This document shows, piece by piece, positions 1-10,723 of a DNA stretch of 64,000 nt. A model generated the notes under the pieces. That model made no database searches. It saw nothing but the letters and a program-made list of their open reading frames with translations, and was not told where the DNA came from. How positions within the stretch are numbered: the stretch's first letter is position 1; each line of letters begins with the position of its first letter. Origin of the DNA: Acidimicrobiales bacterium (GTDB taxonomy: Bacteria > Actinomycetota > Acidimicrobiia > Acidimicrobiales > CATQHL01); contig OZ220687.1 in the NCBI GenBank assembly GCA_965116465.1, forward strand, positions 1,604,596 through 1,668,595, in the 5' to 3' direction. Made by a program: the position numbers and the translations under genes.

Positions 1-1
1 C

Positions 2-247
2 GCCGCGGCGGCCGTCGCCGACGGCAGCGAGATCGTGGTCCGGATCGGGCGGGCGGACTCCGAACTTCAGGTGTCGGTCACCGACAACGGCTGCGGCATA
101 TCCGGCGGCGAACTGGAGGAGGGTTTGGGCCTCACGCTGGTCCGCACGCTCGTGGAGAACGACCTGGGCGGCAGTCTCGTGCACCGGTCCGCCCCCGGCG
201 GCACCACGGTCGAACTCACCGCCCCGCTGCCGGTCCCGAGCGTCTAG
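2..247 (+). CDS. Sensor histidine kinase, C-terminal HATPase_c fragment (5' end outside window)
   Basis: ORF 35..247 stays open to the window edge. It carries GHKL ATPase-type motifs DNGCGI and GLGLTLVRTLV followed by GGTTV. Confidence 0.6.
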   Translation, partial: AAAAVADGSEIVVRIGRADSELQVSVTDNGCGISGGELEEGLGLTLVRTLVENDLGGSLVHRSAPGGTTVELTAPLPVPSV

Positions 248-263
248 AGCCGCGCCGCGGGAC

Positions 264-1604
264 CTACGGAGCCTCCGCCAGCGCGGCCGCGGCCTCGGCG
301 GGGCGGCCGGCGATGACGCCGTCCACGCCACGGCGCAGCAGATCGGCGTAGAACTCCCGGGTCTCCAGCACGTCGGTACCGCTGAGCCACACCCACACGT
401 ACAGTCCCTCGCTGTGCAGCCTGTCGATGAGGTCGGGCTGGACGACCTCGATGCCGGCGTAGGTGAAGGGAACCTGAAGCACCCGGTAGCGCGGGTCCAG
501 CGCCTCGCCCTCCAGCCACCACGCCACCAACTCGTCGGTGGCGGGGGTCGTGGCGACATCGGGAGCCAGTTGCTGGAAGGCGGCCAGCACCTGGTCGTTG
601 AAACACGCCACGATCACCGAGTCCTCTCGACCCAGCGCGGCGATCTCGGCGGCGAGCACCTCGGCGGCGGCGATCCCCGAGCGGGGATCGGCCTCGCCGC
701 CGGGTCCCCGCTGGAGCTTGATCTCCACGTCGAGCACGTGATGCGGGAATCGTTCGGCCACCTCCCGGAACGTCGCAACCCGGAAGTCCTCGGCGCCGAA
801 GCCCGGCGGGGGCTCGACGGCGCCGCCGCGCACCCCCCGGAACACGTACTCCTCGGGCGGCCGGGTCCGGTCGCCCCACAGGCCCGCCACGAACCAGTGG
901 GCGTTGTCGAGCGCCTGGATCTCCGCCAGGGTCAGGTCGGCCACCGCCCCGGTCGTCCCGGTGGTTCGATCGACCGTGTCGTCGTGCTGGACGATCAGCG
1001 CACCGTCGGCGGTGAGCTGCACATCGAGTTCCAGCACATCGGCGCCGGCGGCGACCGACTGCGCATATGCATACGTCGTGGAGTGCGGATAGTCCTGGTC
1101 CCCGCCCGCGTGGGCGATCACCAGCGGGCGCCCCAGCGCCAGGAGCCCGTCGAGCGTGGACGCCTCGGGCCGCGGCGCCTCCGGGATGGCCGGCGCTGCG
1201 GTCGAGGGCGGCTCAGCTGCGCCGCCGTTCGGCCCTGCCGGCGGCTGTGGTGCAACGGACTCCTCCGGCGCCGGCCCCTCGGTGGTCGGCGCGGCGGCCG
1301 GGGCAGGTCGCTCGGATGTAGCCGTCTCGGCGCCCGGCGCGGCCTCCGGCGGCTCCACGCCGGTCGTGGTGGTCGTGGCGCCCATCGTTGTCGTCGTCCC
1401 GGCCGCCGCGGTAGTCGTGGTCGGGACGACCTCGGCGGATGGCGCAGCGGGCGCGGCGCCCGCAGACTCCGTACTCGGGGCGCCGGTCGGCACCGGTGCG
1501 GCGCCGCCGGAGGTCCCCCCGCCGCAGCCGCCGAGCGCCAATGCCAACACCGCCACGATCGCGAGTCCCCCGTGCAGCGTCCGGCGGAGGCGCCCTGTAC
1601 GCAT
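264..1604 (-). CDS. Glycerophosphodiester phosphodiesterase-family lipoprotein with a long Pro/Ala/Thr-rich linker
   Basis: This is the C-terminal part of listed ORF 264..3347; ATG at 1604 is in frame and gives 446 aa. It has a signal peptide with lipobox LALGGC and GDPD-like motifs VIAHAGG and ELDVQLTADGALIVQHDD. The remainder of the listed ORF is alternate-frame overlap with nuoN. Confidence 0.8.
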   Translation of the reverse strand: MRTGRLRRTLHGGLAIVAVLALALGGCGGGTSGGAAPVPTGAPSTESAGAAPAAPSAEVVPTTTTAAAGTTTTMGATTTTTGVEPPEAAPGAETATSERPAPAAAPTTEGPAPEESVAPQPPAGPNGGAAEPPSTAAPAIPEAPRPEASTLDGLLALGRPLVIAHAGGDQDYPHSTTYAYAQSVAAGADVLELDVQLTADGALIVQHDDTVDRTTGTTGAVADLTLAEIQALDNAHWFVAGLWGDRTRPPEEYVFRGVRGGAVEPPPGFGAEDFRVATFREVAERFPHHVLDVEIKLQRGPGGEADPRSGIAAAEVLAAEIAALGREDSVIVACFNDQVLAAFQQLAPDVATTPATDELVAWWLEGEALDPRYRVLQVPFTYAGIEVVQPDLIDRLHSEGLYVWVWLSGTDVLETREFYADLLRRGVDGVIAGRPAEAAAALAEAP

Positions 1605-1699
1605 CGCGTGGCGATCCGGAACGAGATCCGACCGATCCGGCCGGCGGCCGAGACCCGGCTTGAGCACGAATCCCAAGCTAGAGCAACCGGTGGTCCGGG

Positions 1700-3256
1700 T
1701 TACAGGCCCGTGGCCACCGCCAGCAGCGAGACGTCGGTGAAGTGGGTGACGGTGGCCGGCACGACCCCGAAGACCAGAGTGGCCGCCACTGTCAGACCCA
1801 GCGCCGAGCGCAGCGAGAACGGTATGGCGATGCGCCCGGCGTCGCCCAACTCTTCGGCAGGCTTCTCGAACCACATGCGGGCGGCGATCTTGCCGTAGTA
1901 GCCCACCGCGATCACGGCGTTCACCGCCGCGAAGCCGGCCAGCACGTAACCGGAGGGGTTGTCGGCGGACACCAGCGCCTGGAAGACCGCGAACTTGGCG
2001 TACCAGCCGCCCGCCGGGGGAATGCCGGCCAGCGAGGCCAGGAACACGGTCATCACGACGGCGATCCCCGGCGACACCCTGAACAGGCCGTTGTACGAGG
2101 CCACGTCCCCGGTGCCGGTGCGGCGCGCCACGGTCATGATGACGGCGAAGACACCCAGGTTCATGGCCGCGTAGATCACCAGGTAGGTGAGCACCGCCGA
2201 GACGGCCTGGTCGGCCACCTCGGTGCTCACCCCGGCGACGGCCAGCGGCGCCAGCATGAACCCGGCCTGGGCGATCCCCGAATAGGCCATGAGGCGCACG
2301 ATGTTCTTCTGCCGCAGCGCCATGAGGTTGCCCGCGGTCATGGAGGCCGCAGCCAGGAACCACAGCGCCGGCCCGTACACGTCGTCGCGGTCCCAGAACC
2401 CCACGAACACCAGCGAGCCCAGAGCCACGAAACCGGCCGCCTTGGAGGCCACCGAGAGGAACGCGGTGATCGGCGTCGGCGCCCCCTCGTAGGTGTCGGG
2501 CGCCCAGGTGTGGAAGGGGAACGCCGAAACCTTGAAGGCGAAACCCACCAGCACGAAGATCACGCCCACCGTGATGGCGGCATTCGGCACCGCGTCGGCA
2601 CCCCGATCCAGCGGCGCCGCGGCGGCGATGTCGGCCAGCACCGTCGACCCGGAGGCGCCGAACAGCAGCGACATGCCGTAGAGCATGATGGCCGAGGCGA
2701 ACACCCCCATGAGGAAGTACTTCAGACCGGCCTCGGTGCTGCGCAGGTCGCGCTTGCGCCAGGCGGCCAGCAGGTAGGCGGGGATCGACAGCAACTCCAG
2801 CGCCACGAAGATGCTGATGAGGTCCCGCGCCGAGGCCATCACGACCATGCCCAGCAGCGACGCCAGCACCAGGCCGTAGTACTCGTTCTCCCAGTAGTCG
2901 CCCTCGGCGACGTAGTTCATGGACAGCAGCACCACGACGTAGCCCGAGACCACGAACAACGCCTTCAGGATGAGCGCGTAGCCGTCCACCACGTAGGCAC
3001 CGTCGAACATGACCCGCGGCTCGGAGGCCACGCCGGCGGTGGCCAGGGTGATGATCGGCACCAGGACGCCCAGCAGCCCCAGACCCGCCAGCGCCGAGGT
3101 GACGGCCCGTCCCCGTTCGGCCAGGGCGATGTCCAGGCAGGTCAGCAGCGCGCCGACGCCCAGCAGCGTCAGCTCCGGGGCGAGCGCGTGCCAGTCCAGG
3201 TGCGGGCGAACGAACCCGAGAACCCCCAGCGGGGCGGCGAGGGCGCCCAGGGTCAC
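1700..3256 (-). CDS. nuoN: NADH-quinone oxidoreductase subunit N (operon 1)
   Basis: 518-aa polytopic antiporter-like protein, recognisably NuoN/ND2-like. It is the last gene of a nuoA..N-ordered cluster and overlaps the nuoM stop by 4 nt. Confidence 0.9.
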   Translation of the reverse strand: MTLGALAAPLGVLGFVRPHLDWHALAPELTLLGVGALLTCLDIALAERGRAVTSALAGLGLLGVLVPIITLATAGVASEPRVMFDGAYVVDGYALILKALFVVSGYVVVLLSMNYVAEGDYWENEYYGLVLASLLGMVVMASARDLISIFVALELLSIPAYLLAAWRKRDLRSTEAGLKYFLMGVFASAIMLYGMSLLFGASGSTVLADIAAAAPLDRGADAVPNAAITVGVIFVLVGFAFKVSAFPFHTWAPDTYEGAPTPITAFLSVASKAAGFVALGSLVFVGFWDRDDVYGPALWFLAAASMTAGNLMALRQKNIVRLMAYSGIAQAGFMLAPLAVAGVSTEVADQAVSAVLTYLVIYAAMNLGVFAVIMTVARRTGTGDVASYNGLFRVSPGIAVVMTVFLASLAGIPPAGGWYAKFAVFQALVSADNPSGYVLAGFAAVNAVIAVGYYGKIAARMWFEKPAEELGDAGRIAIPFSLRSALGLTVAATLVFGVVPATVTHFTDVSLLAVATGL

Positions 3257-4899
3257 CGGCCGCTCCTGGCCTGCTCGCTGACGCGACGCAGTCGCTCGAA
3301 GCAGTCCTCACCCCGTGCCACCTCCAGGCAGTCCCCGGGGGTGCCATCCACGGCCTCCACCTGCAGCGACTCGCGCACCGCCGGGTCGGTGGCCTCGTGC
3401 AGCAGCCGGGGGAAGAACCCCAGCACCACGATCAGCACCAGCAGGGGCGCCCAGGCCAGATACTCCCGCGGGCTGGCGTCGGTGACGTCGGGCGAGTCGG
3501 CGAACTCCTCCCGGGCGTTGCCGAAGGCGGTCTTCTGCAGCATCCACAGCAGGTAGCCGGCAGCCAGAACCGTCCCGACGGCGGCGATCACCATGTAGGA
3601 CCGGAACACCGCCTTGTTGAGGATCTCCGCCGGGTTGTAGGACGCCAGGATGGCCGGGAACTCACCCCAGAACCCCGCCAGGCCGGGCAGGCCCAACGAG
3701 GCCATGACGCAGAAGCCGAGTATCCAGCCCATGCGCGGGGCCTGCTGCAACAGACCGCCCAGCCGGGACATCTCCATGGTGTGGTAGCGGTCCTTCACCG
3801 AGCCGGCGAGGAAGAACAGCATCCCGGTGATCAGGCCGTGGGCCACCATCCCGAACACCGCCGCGTTGATCCCGAAGGGGGTGAGCGTGGCGATGCCCAG
3901 CATCACGAAGCCCATGTGCGCCACCGAACTGAAGGCGATGAGGCGTTTCATGTCGCGCTGGGCCAGACACCCCAGGGCCCCGTAGATGATGCCGATCACC
4001 GCCAGCAGCCCGATCACCGGGGCCCACGCCGCGGCCGCCTCGGGCAGCATCGGCACCGCGACCCGCACGAAGCCGTAGGTGCCGAGCTTCAGGAGCACCG
4101 CCGCCAGGATCACCGAGCCCACCGTGGGCGCCTCGGTGTGGGCGTCCGGCAGCCAGGTATGGAACGGGAACATCGGCACTTTGATGCCGAATCCCAGGAA
4201 CATGCCGGCGAAGATCCACAGCTGGCTGGTGCGGGCGATGGCCGCGGTGGCACCGCCGGAGAGCGCCCGCATGTCGAAGGTGCGGGCCGCCTCCAGACCG
4301 GCCAGCGTGCCGTCGGCCAGGAAGAACATGGCCAGGAAGCTCACCAGCATGAGCGCCGAGCCGAACAGCGTGTAGAGGAAGAACTTGATGGCGGCGTAGC
4401 GCCGGTTGTCGCCGCCCCACACGCCGATCATGAAGTACATCGGCAGCAGCACGACCTCGAAGAACACGAAGAACAGAATCAGGTCCTGGGCCGCGAAGGT
4501 GCCGATCATGCCGGTCTCCAGCACCAGCAGCAGCGCCAGGAAGGCCTTCGGGTTGCGCGGCTCGGGAAAGTGCCCGAACGAATACACGATGCACAGCGGC
4601 ACGATGAGCGCCGTCAGCAGCAGCAGCGGCAGCGAGATGCCGTCGATGCCCATGATGTAGCGGCTGTTGATGAGCTCGATCCACGACCGGTCCACCACGT
4701 ACTGCAGCTCACCGGCCCGGGAGACGCTGAAGCGGGCCAGCAGGAGGACGGCGAACAGCGCCGTCACCAGCGAGGCGCCCAGCGCGGCGGCCTTCACCCA
4801 CAGCTCCCGGCTGGAGGGCAGCGCCATCACCAGCACCGCCCCCACCAGTGGGACGAAGGTGACCAGCGTGAGCCCCCATCCGTTCAGAAATGCATCCAT
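3253..4899 (-). CDS. nuoM: NADH-quinone oxidoreductase subunit M (operon 1)
   Basis: 548-aa NuoM/ND4-like antiporter subunit (WLPDAHTEAPT motif) positioned between nuoL and nuoN. Confidence 0.9.
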   Translation of the reverse strand: MDAFLNGWGLTLVTFVPLVGAVLVMALPSSRELWVKAAALGASLVTALFAVLLLARFSVSRAGELQYVVDRSWIELINSRYIMGIDGISLPLLLLTALIVPLCIVYSFGHFPEPRNPKAFLALLLVLETGMIGTFAAQDLILFFVFFEVVLLPMYFMIGVWGGDNRRYAAIKFFLYTLFGSALMLVSFLAMFFLADGTLAGLEAARTFDMRALSGGATAAIARTSQLWIFAGMFLGFGIKVPMFPFHTWLPDAHTEAPTVGSVILAAVLLKLGTYGFVRVAVPMLPEAAAAWAPVIGLLAVIGIIYGALGCLAQRDMKRLIAFSSVAHMGFVMLGIATLTPFGINAAVFGMVAHGLITGMLFFLAGSVKDRYHTMEMSRLGGLLQQAPRMGWILGFCVMASLGLPGLAGFWGEFPAILASYNPAEILNKAVFRSYMVIAAVGTVLAAGYLLWMLQKTAFGNAREEFADSPDVTDASPREYLAWAPLLVLIVVLGFFPRLLHEATDPAVRESLQVEAVDGTPGDCLEVARGEDCFERLRRVSEQARSGR

Positions 4900-4915
4900 C
4901 GGTCTCCTCTCGAGG

Positions 4916-7078
4916 TCACAGCACCAGGATCAGCGCCGCGGCCAGGATCACCGACGCCACGAACATGACACCGGCGTACTGCTGCACCTTTCCCGTCTGC
5001 ATCCGTCGAAGCTCCTCGCCGGCGCCGTGGCTTGCCACACCCGTGGTGTTCACCACGCCGTCGATGACCTTCTGGTCGATCTTGTCGTAGACAACGTGTC
5101 CGGCCGCCAGCGCCTTGCGCCCGGCCTGGTTGACCACCTCGTCGATCCCGCGCTGGTTGAACCAGTAGGCGCCCCGGGCGACCGGCCCCGCCGTGCCCTT
5201 GGCCACGATGCCGGTGTAGAGATGGTCGAGGTAGTACTTCTGCACCAGCAGCGTGTGACCCAGCCGGGCCGCGGTCCAGCGGCTCGTCGGGCCGTCGGCC
5301 AACTCGGTGGCCGCGCCGCCGGCTCTCGCCCGCCGGTCCACGCGCCGGTAGTAGGCCACGGCGGTGCCCGCACCCACCAGCACGACGAGCGTCGAGAACG
5401 CGGCCAGGGTCCAACTCGGCGTGGCGTGGGCGATCTTCGGGAAGTAGAAGTGCTCGGCGGCAACCGGCTCCACGTAGTGGCCGAACTGCTCGGTCCAGGA
5501 CTTGGGCACGATCTGGAAGCCCTTGGGCAGGTTGGTCCAGCCGGCGCCCACGGCGAAGACCGCCAGGATCCACAGCGGCATGGTGATGCGCCGTCCCGAC
5601 TCGTGCGGGTGCCCGTGGCCCCGATAGCTGCCGTAGAACGTGAGATAGATGCAGCGGGCCATGTAGGCCGCGGTCAGGGCGGCCGTCAGCATCCCCATGA
5701 AAAGCATCGCCGTGTAGGCGCCGTTGCCGCCGGTGCCGCCGAAGACGCCCCAGCCGCCGGTGCCAGCCAGGATCTCGTCCTTGGACCAGAAGCCCGCAAG
5801 GGGCGGCAGCCCTGCCAGCGCCAGCGAGGCGATCATGAAGGTGCGGAAGGTATGCGGCATGTGGCGGCGCAGCCCGCCCATGTCCTTCTTCATGTCGAAG
5901 CTGTGCACCGCGTGGCTGACCGAGCCCGAGCCCAGGAACAGGCAGGCCTTGAAGAAGGCGTGCGTGAACAGGTGGAACACCGCCGCGGTCCAGGCACCGA
6001 CGCCCAGCGCCATCACCATGTAGCCCAGCTGGCTGATGGTGGAGTAGGCCAGCACCCGCTTGATGTCGTTCTGCACGAATGCCAGCGAGGCGCCGACCAG
6101 CGTCGTGAGCCCGCCGATGAGCGCCAGGGCGTTGATCGACGACCCGGCGATCACGAGGCCCTCGAAGAACACCCCGTAGAGGCGCGCCACCAGGTAGACG
6201 CCGGCCACCACCATGGTGGCGGCGTGGATCAGCGCCGAGACCGGCGTCGGCCCGGCCATGGCGTCGGGCAGCCAGGTGTGCAGGAAGAACTGGCCCGACT
6301 TGCTGATGACCGCCGCCAGCAGGCACAGCGCCGAGATCAGCAGCAGGGTGTGGCCGATCTCGCCGTCGAGGGCCTTGGTGTTGATCTCCAGGATCGAGAA
6401 CGTGCTCCCCGCGGCGAAGAACAGCACGCTGACACCCACCAGCAGGCCGATGTCGCCGACCCGGTTCGTGAGGAAGGCCTTCAGGGCGGCGTCGGAGTTG
6501 GGCTTCTCCTCCCACCAGTGGCCGATCAGCACGAATGAGCAGACACCCACCAACTCCCAGCCCACGATCATCTGGATGGTGTTCTCGGCCAGGACGAAGA
6601 ACAGCATCGAAGCGGTGAACAGCGACAGGAAGGCGAAGAAGTGCGTGTAGCGGACGTCGCCGGCCACGTAGTCGGTGGAGTAGATGTGCACCAGCAGCGA
6701 GATGGCGGTCACCACGAACAGCAGCGCCACCGCCAGGCCGTCCACGAGTGTGCCGATGGTGAAGTCCACGCCCCCGGCGACCCACCAGGTCCAGCGGTTC
6801 ACGACGGGCTCGACGGCGGCCCCGTGGGCACCGTTGACCGTGCTGATCCACTGGCCGACGGTGCAGAGAGCCAGCACCAGGGAGGCGCCCACCGCGGCGA
6901 TGCCCAGCTCCGAGCCGCCCCGCGGCAGGCGCTTGCCGAAGAACAGGATGCCGAAGAAGCCGGCCGCCGGGATGGCCGGGATGATCCAGGCGTTGGACAG
7001 GAACCACCCGGAGACCTGGACGATCTCGGCGGAGGCCTCCGCCGCCAGCACCATGACCCCGGTCACGCCACCCGACAC
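4916..7078 (-). CDS. nuoL: NADH-quinone oxidoreductase subunit L (operon 1)
   Basis: 720-aa NuoL/ND5-like protein (WLPDAMAGPTPVSALIHAATMV motif). The GTG start at 7078 lies 6 nt after the nuoK stop; the exact start is uncertain. Confidence 0.9.
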   Translation of the reverse strand: MSGGVTGVMVLAAEASAEIVQVSGWFLSNAWIIPAIPAAGFFGILFFGKRLPRGGSELGIAAVGASLVLALCTVGQWISTVNGAHGAAVEPVVNRWTWWVAGGVDFTIGTLVDGLAVALLFVVTAISLLVHIYSTDYVAGDVRYTHFFAFLSLFTASMLFFVLAENTIQMIVGWELVGVCSFVLIGHWWEEKPNSDAALKAFLTNRVGDIGLLVGVSVLFFAAGSTFSILEINTKALDGEIGHTLLLISALCLLAAVISKSGQFFLHTWLPDAMAGPTPVSALIHAATMVVAGVYLVARLYGVFFEGLVIAGSSINALALIGGLTTLVGASLAFVQNDIKRVLAYSTISQLGYMVMALGVGAWTAAVFHLFTHAFFKACLFLGSGSVSHAVHSFDMKKDMGGLRRHMPHTFRTFMIASLALAGLPPLAGFWSKDEILAGTGGWGVFGGTGGNGAYTAMLFMGMLTAALTAAYMARCIYLTFYGSYRGHGHPHESGRRITMPLWILAVFAVGAGWTNLPKGFQIVPKSWTEQFGHYVEPVAAEHFYFPKIAHATPSWTLAAFSTLVVLVGAGTAVAYYRRVDRRARAGGAATELADGPTSRWTAARLGHTLLVQKYYLDHLYTGIVAKGTAGPVARGAYWFNQRGIDEVVNQAGRKALAAGHVVYDKIDQKVIDGVVNTTGVASHGAGEELRRMQTGKVQQYAGVMFVASVILAAALILVL

Positions 7079-7084
7079 CGCGCG

Positions 7085-7384
7085 CTAGCCCTTCATGAGG
7101 TCGGCCTCGCTGAGGTCGACGCTTTGTCGGTTGCGGTACAGCAGCAGCAGGATCGCCAGGCCCACACCCACCTCGGCGGCGGCCACGGTGATGATGAACA
7201 GGGCGAACACCTCGCCGGAGATGCTGGAGACGTAGCTGCCGAACGCCACCAGGTTGATGTTCACGGCGTTGAGGATGAGCTCGATCGACATCAGCACCAG
7301 CACGCCGTTGCGGCGCGCCAGCACCCCGTAGACGCCGATGGCGAAGAGCACGGCGCTGAGGATCAGGAACTGGTTCAGCAGCAC
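7085..7384 (-). CDS. nuoK: NADH-quinone oxidoreductase subunit K (operon 1)
   Basis: 99-aa protein with 3 TM helices, NuoK/ND4L-like, in the expected operon position. Confidence 0.9.
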   Translation of the reverse strand: MLLNQFLILSAVLFAIGVYGVLARRNGVLVLMSIELILNAVNINLVAFGSYVSSISGEVFALFIITVAAAEVGVGLAILLLLYRNRQSVDLSEADLMKG

Positions 7385-7388
7385 GGGC

Positions 7389-7898
7389 TCAGTTCCTCCG
7401 GGCGATCACGATGGCCCCGATGAGCGCCGCCAGCAGCAGCACCGAGACGGCTTCGAACGGGACGATGTACGTGCTGAAGATGGAATCGGCGACATCCGCG
7501 GTGGTGGTGCGGGTGTCGGCGGGCAGCTCGACGTCGCCGAATCCCGTCACCACGGCGTAGATGGTGACGGTGGCCACCAGCGCGGCCGCCAGCACCGCCG
7601 GCAGCCGTTTGGCGTGGTCGGTGCCCTCCTCGTCGCCGATGCGGGTGCGGGTCAGCATGATGCCGAACAGGAACAGCACCACCACCGCGCCGATGTACAC
7701 CAGGATCTGGGTGATCCCCACGAACTCGGCGCCCATCAGCAGGAACAGGGCCGCCACGCCGCCGAGCACCACCACCAGGAACAGCGCCGCGTGCACCACG
7801 TTGCGGGTGGTGACGAGACGGAGCGCCGCGAACACCATGATGGCGGCGATCACCCCGAAGGCGATGTTCTGGGCGACGAGGGCCCCGAGGACGGTCAC
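7389..7898 (-). CDS. nuoJ: NADH-quinone oxidoreductase subunit J (operon 1)
   Basis: Listed ORF 7389..8267 overlaps nuoI in another frame. An in-frame GTG at 7898 forms a GTGA overlap with the nuoI stop and gives a 169-aa NuoJ-like protein starting [16 protein letters not shown]. Confidence 0.8.
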   Translation of the reverse strand: MTVLGALVAQNIAFGVIAAIMVFAALRLVTTRNVVHAALFLVVVLGGVAALFLLMGAEFVGITQILVYIGAVVVLFLFGIMLTRTRIGDEEGTDHAKRLPAVLAAALVATVTIYAVVTGFGDVELPADTRTTTADVADSIFSTYIVPFEAVSVLLLAALIGAIVIARRN

Positions 7899-8464
7899 GC
7901 GCCGGCGCTCCGTTGGGGTCGGTGCTCGGACGGCTCGGGCAGCTTGGGCTGCTTGACGTTGGCGCCCGGCTCGTAGGTCTCGAACTCGGGCACCGTCTCC
8001 ATCCAGTCGGCCAGCCGGTCGGCGTCGTGCAGCAGGTCGGCGATGCGGGGTTCGGAGTACTCGAACTCGGGACTCCAGAACAGGGCGTCGAAGGGGCACA
8101 CCTCCACGCAGATGCCGCAGTACATGCACAGCGCGTAGTCGATGTCGAAGCGGTCGATCTTGGCGCGCTGGCGGGGCTTGCCGCCGGGGCGCCGGGGCGG
8201 GGCGAGTTCCTTGTGGCCCTCGATGTAGATGCACCAGTCCGGGCACTCCCGGGCGCACAGCATGCACACGGTGCAGTTGTCGTGGTGCAGGCCGATGACA
8301 CCCCGGGCACGGGTCACCGGCGCCTCCTTGACGTGCGGGTACTGCACGGTGTGCGCCCCCCGCGACGGCGCCGGCACGGGCTTGCGCAGCCCGTCGGGGA
8401 ACAGCGTGCGCAGCATCGTGCGCCCCGTCACCCCCATCCCCTTGAGCATTCCGGTGCCTCGCAT
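7895..8464 (-). CDS. nuoI: NADH-quinone oxidoreductase subunit I, 2x[4Fe-4S] (operon 1)
   Basis: 189 aa with two ferredoxin motifs, [12 protein letters not shown] and [12 protein letters not shown]. Confidence 0.9.
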   Translation of the reverse strand: MRGTGMLKGMGVTGRTMLRTLFPDGLRKPVPAPSRGAHTVQYPHVKEAPVTRARGVIGLHHDNCTVCMLCARECPDWCIYIEGHKELAPPRRPGGKPRQRAKIDRFDIDYALCMYCGICVEVCPFDALFWSPEFEYSEPRIADLLHDADRLADWMETVPEFETYEPGANVKQPKLPEPSEHRPQRSAGA

Positions 8465-8489
8465 GAGCCGCCTCCCTCTCAGACCCGCT

Positions 8490-9524
8490 TCAGACCAGGA
8501 CCTTCAGCACGCCGGTCACCACGATGTTCAGCAGTGCCAGCGGGATGAGCACCTTCCAGGCCAGCTTCTGGAGCTGATCCTCACGCAGCCGCGGGAACGT
8601 GAAGCGGAACCAGAAGATGAGCGCCGAGACGGCCATGATCTTGATGAACATCACGAACGGGCCGATGAGGTTGAACCAGCCCGAGGTGGGATCCAGCCCC
8701 GGCACGTACCAGCCGCCGAGGAACAGCACCGAGGCGATGCCCGCGAAGGCGAACGCCGTGCCGAACTCGCCCATGAAGAAGAACAGGAACCGGAAGCCGG
8801 TGTACTCCACCTGGTAGCCCCCGACGATCTCGGACTCGGCCACCGGCATGTCGAAGGGCGGCTGGGTCAGCTCGGCCTGCACCGCCACCAGGAAGATGGC
8901 GAAGCCGACGAACTGCGTGAGGATGTAGGGGAAGCCCATGCCGCCCCAGCCGAAGAGCTCGCCGTTGGCCTGGGCCAGGACGATCTTGTTGAGGTCCAGG
9001 GTGCCGGCCTGGATGACCACGCCGATGGCGGCCAGCACCAGCGGCAGCTCGTAGGCGATGAGCTGGCCGGCGGCGCGCATGCCGCCCATGAGGGCGTACT
9101 TGTTGGCCGAACCCCAGCCGGCCATCAGCACGCCGATCACCGAGAGCGACGCCACCGCCAGGGCGAAGAAGAGGCCGGCGTCGAGGCCGCTCACCACCGC
9201 GTCGGGGCCCATCGGCAGGACCGCGTAGAGCAGGAAGGTGGACACCAGCACGACAACCGGCGCCAGGGCGAACACGTAGCGGTCGGCCCGGCGCGGGAAC
9301 ACGTCCTCCTTCTGGAGGAACTTCACGCCGTCGGCCAGCAGCTGCAGCGTGCCGTAGGGGCCGGCCTCCATGGGACCCAGCCGGCTCTGCATGAAGCTCA
9401 TCATCTTCATGAGGAACACGTACCCCAGGATCAGCGCCGCGGTCGGGATGACCAGCGCCACCACCACCAGCTTGATGGCGGTCTGCTGCCAGTAGGCCAG
9501 CTCGACGGCGAGGGTCCAGATCAC
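8490..9524 (-). CDS. nuoH: NADH-quinone oxidoreductase subunit H (operon 1)
   Basis: 344-aa NuoH/ND1-like membrane protein. Its start overlaps the nuoD stop by 4 nt, leaving no room for nuoE/F/G between D and H. Confidence 0.9.
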   Translation of the reverse strand: MIWTLAVELAYWQQTAIKLVVVALVIPTAALILGYVFLMKMMSFMQSRLGPMEAGPYGTLQLLADGVKFLQKEDVFPRRADRYVFALAPVVVLVSTFLLYAVLPMGPDAVVSGLDAGLFFALAVASLSVIGVLMAGWGSANKYALMGGMRAAGQLIAYELPLVLAAIGVVIQAGTLDLNKIVLAQANGELFGWGGMGFPYILTQFVGFAIFLVAVQAELTQPPFDMPVAESEIVGGYQVEYTGFRFLFFFMGEFGTAFAFAGIASVLFLGGWYVPGLDPTSGWFNLIGPFVMFIKIMAVSALIFWFRFTFPRLREDQLQKLAWKVLIPLALLNIVVTGVLKVLV

Positions 9525-10723
9525 CGGTCGATATCCCCCAGGATGAAGTACAGGCTGGCCAGGATGGTGATCACGTCGGGAACGTAGACGCCCCGCATGA
9601 CCCAGGGCGTCACCGAGATGTTGTTGAACGAGGCGGAGCGGATCTTCACCCGGAACGGCCCCAGGTCGCCCTTGCTGACCACGTAGTAGCCCATGACGCC
9701 CAGCGGGTTCTCCGTGGCCACGTAGGCCTCACCGGCGGGCACCTTGATGATCACGGGGACCTTGGCCATCACCGGCCCCGACGGCAGGCCGTCCAGCATC
9801 TGCTCCACCATGTAGGTGGCCTCGCGGGTCTCCTGCAGGCGCACCCAGTAGCGGGCGAAGGAGTCGCCGTCGGGGTGCGTCCAGACCTTCCAGTCCAGCT
9901 GGTCGTGGACGAGCCCGCACGGGTTGTCCCGGCGCATGTCCCAGTCCACGCCCGAGGCACGCAGGTTGGCCCCCGAGAGCCCGTAGGACAGGGCGACGTC
10001 GGCGGGGATGACGCCCACGCCGCGGGTCCGGGCCTCGAAGATCTCGTTGCCCATGAGCAGGTCCTCGAGCTCGTCGCAGAAGTTGCGCATCTTGACCATG
10101 ACGCCGCGGGTCTCCTCGATCCAGCCCTTGGGCAGGTCGTCCTTGAGGCCGCCGATGCGGTCGAAGTTCGGGTGGAAGCGCCCGCCCGTGACCGCCTCGA
10201 TCTGGTTCAGGACGAACTCCCGGTCCCGGAAGGCGAAGAACACCGGGGTGAGGGCGCCGAGCTGCACGCCCATGTCGCCCAGGAACAGGGCGATGTTCGC
10301 CAGCCGCGACAACTCGAAGAGGATGGTGCGGATCCAGGCGGCCCGGGGCGGCGCCTCCACCTCCATGAGCTGCTCGGCCGCCAGGATGAACGGCACCTCG
10401 TTGGCGAAGCTGCCCAGCCAGTCGATGCGGTTGATGAGGGTGGTGACCTGCGGGTAGGTGCGCACCTCGGCCAGCTTCTCGTAGCCCCGGTGCATGTAAC
10501 CCATGACCGGCTCGGCCGCCACCACCTGCTCGCCGTCGAGACGGGCGATGATGCGCAGCGTGCCGTGGGTGGCCGGGTGCTGCGGGCCGATGTTGAGGGT
10601 CATGCCCTCGGTCTCGAGTTCCACATTGACGCGGGCGTCGGCGGCCGCCGCGGCGATGAACGCCCGCTGCTCGCGCTCGGTGACACTCATGACCGGGCCT
10701 TCATGACTGGTCCTCGCCGGCAC
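9521..10723 (-). CDS. nuoD: NADH-quinone oxidoreductase subunit D (operon 1)
   Basis: 400-aa ORF with NuoD motifs [12 protein letters not shown] and a C-terminal DR. An alternative ATG at 10690 (MSVTERE) would avoid overlap with nuoC. Confidence 0.9.
   Translation of the reverse strand: MPARTSHEGPVMSVTEREQRAFIAAAAADARVNVELETEGMTLNIGPQHPATHGTLRIIARLDGEQVVAAEPVMGYMHRGYEKLAEVRTYPQVTTLINRIDWLGSFANEVPFILAAEQLMEVEAPPRAAWIRTILFELSRLANIALFLGDMGVQLGALTPVFFAFRDREFVLNQIEAVTGGRFHPNFDRIGGLKDDLPKGWIEETRGVMVKMRNFCDELEDLLMGNEIFEARTRGVGVIPADVALSYGLSGANLRASGVDWDMRRDNPCGLVHDQLDWKVWTHPDGDSFARYWVRLQETREATYMVEQMLDGLPSGPVMAKVPVIIKVPAGEAYVATENPLGVMGYYVVSKGDLGPFRVKIRSASFNNISVTPWVMRGVYVPDVITILASLYFILGDIDR

Noticed and set aside
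1742-3556. Very long alternate-frame and antisense ORFs throughout the window. Examples are 414..1898 +, 1742..3556 +, 4667..6538 +, 4884..7007 -, 12259..14292 +, 16076..17383 -, 17402..18688 -, 18370..20283 +, 21426..23486 +, 23855..25885 +, 28741..30822 +, 54386..56197 + and 55090..57309 +.
   Set aside because: Their products are Arg/Pro/Gly/His-rich low-complexity strings with no recognisable motifs. Each is fully overlapped by a gene with clear family signatures on the other strand or in another frame. This is the expected stop-codon paucity of ~70% GC DNA.
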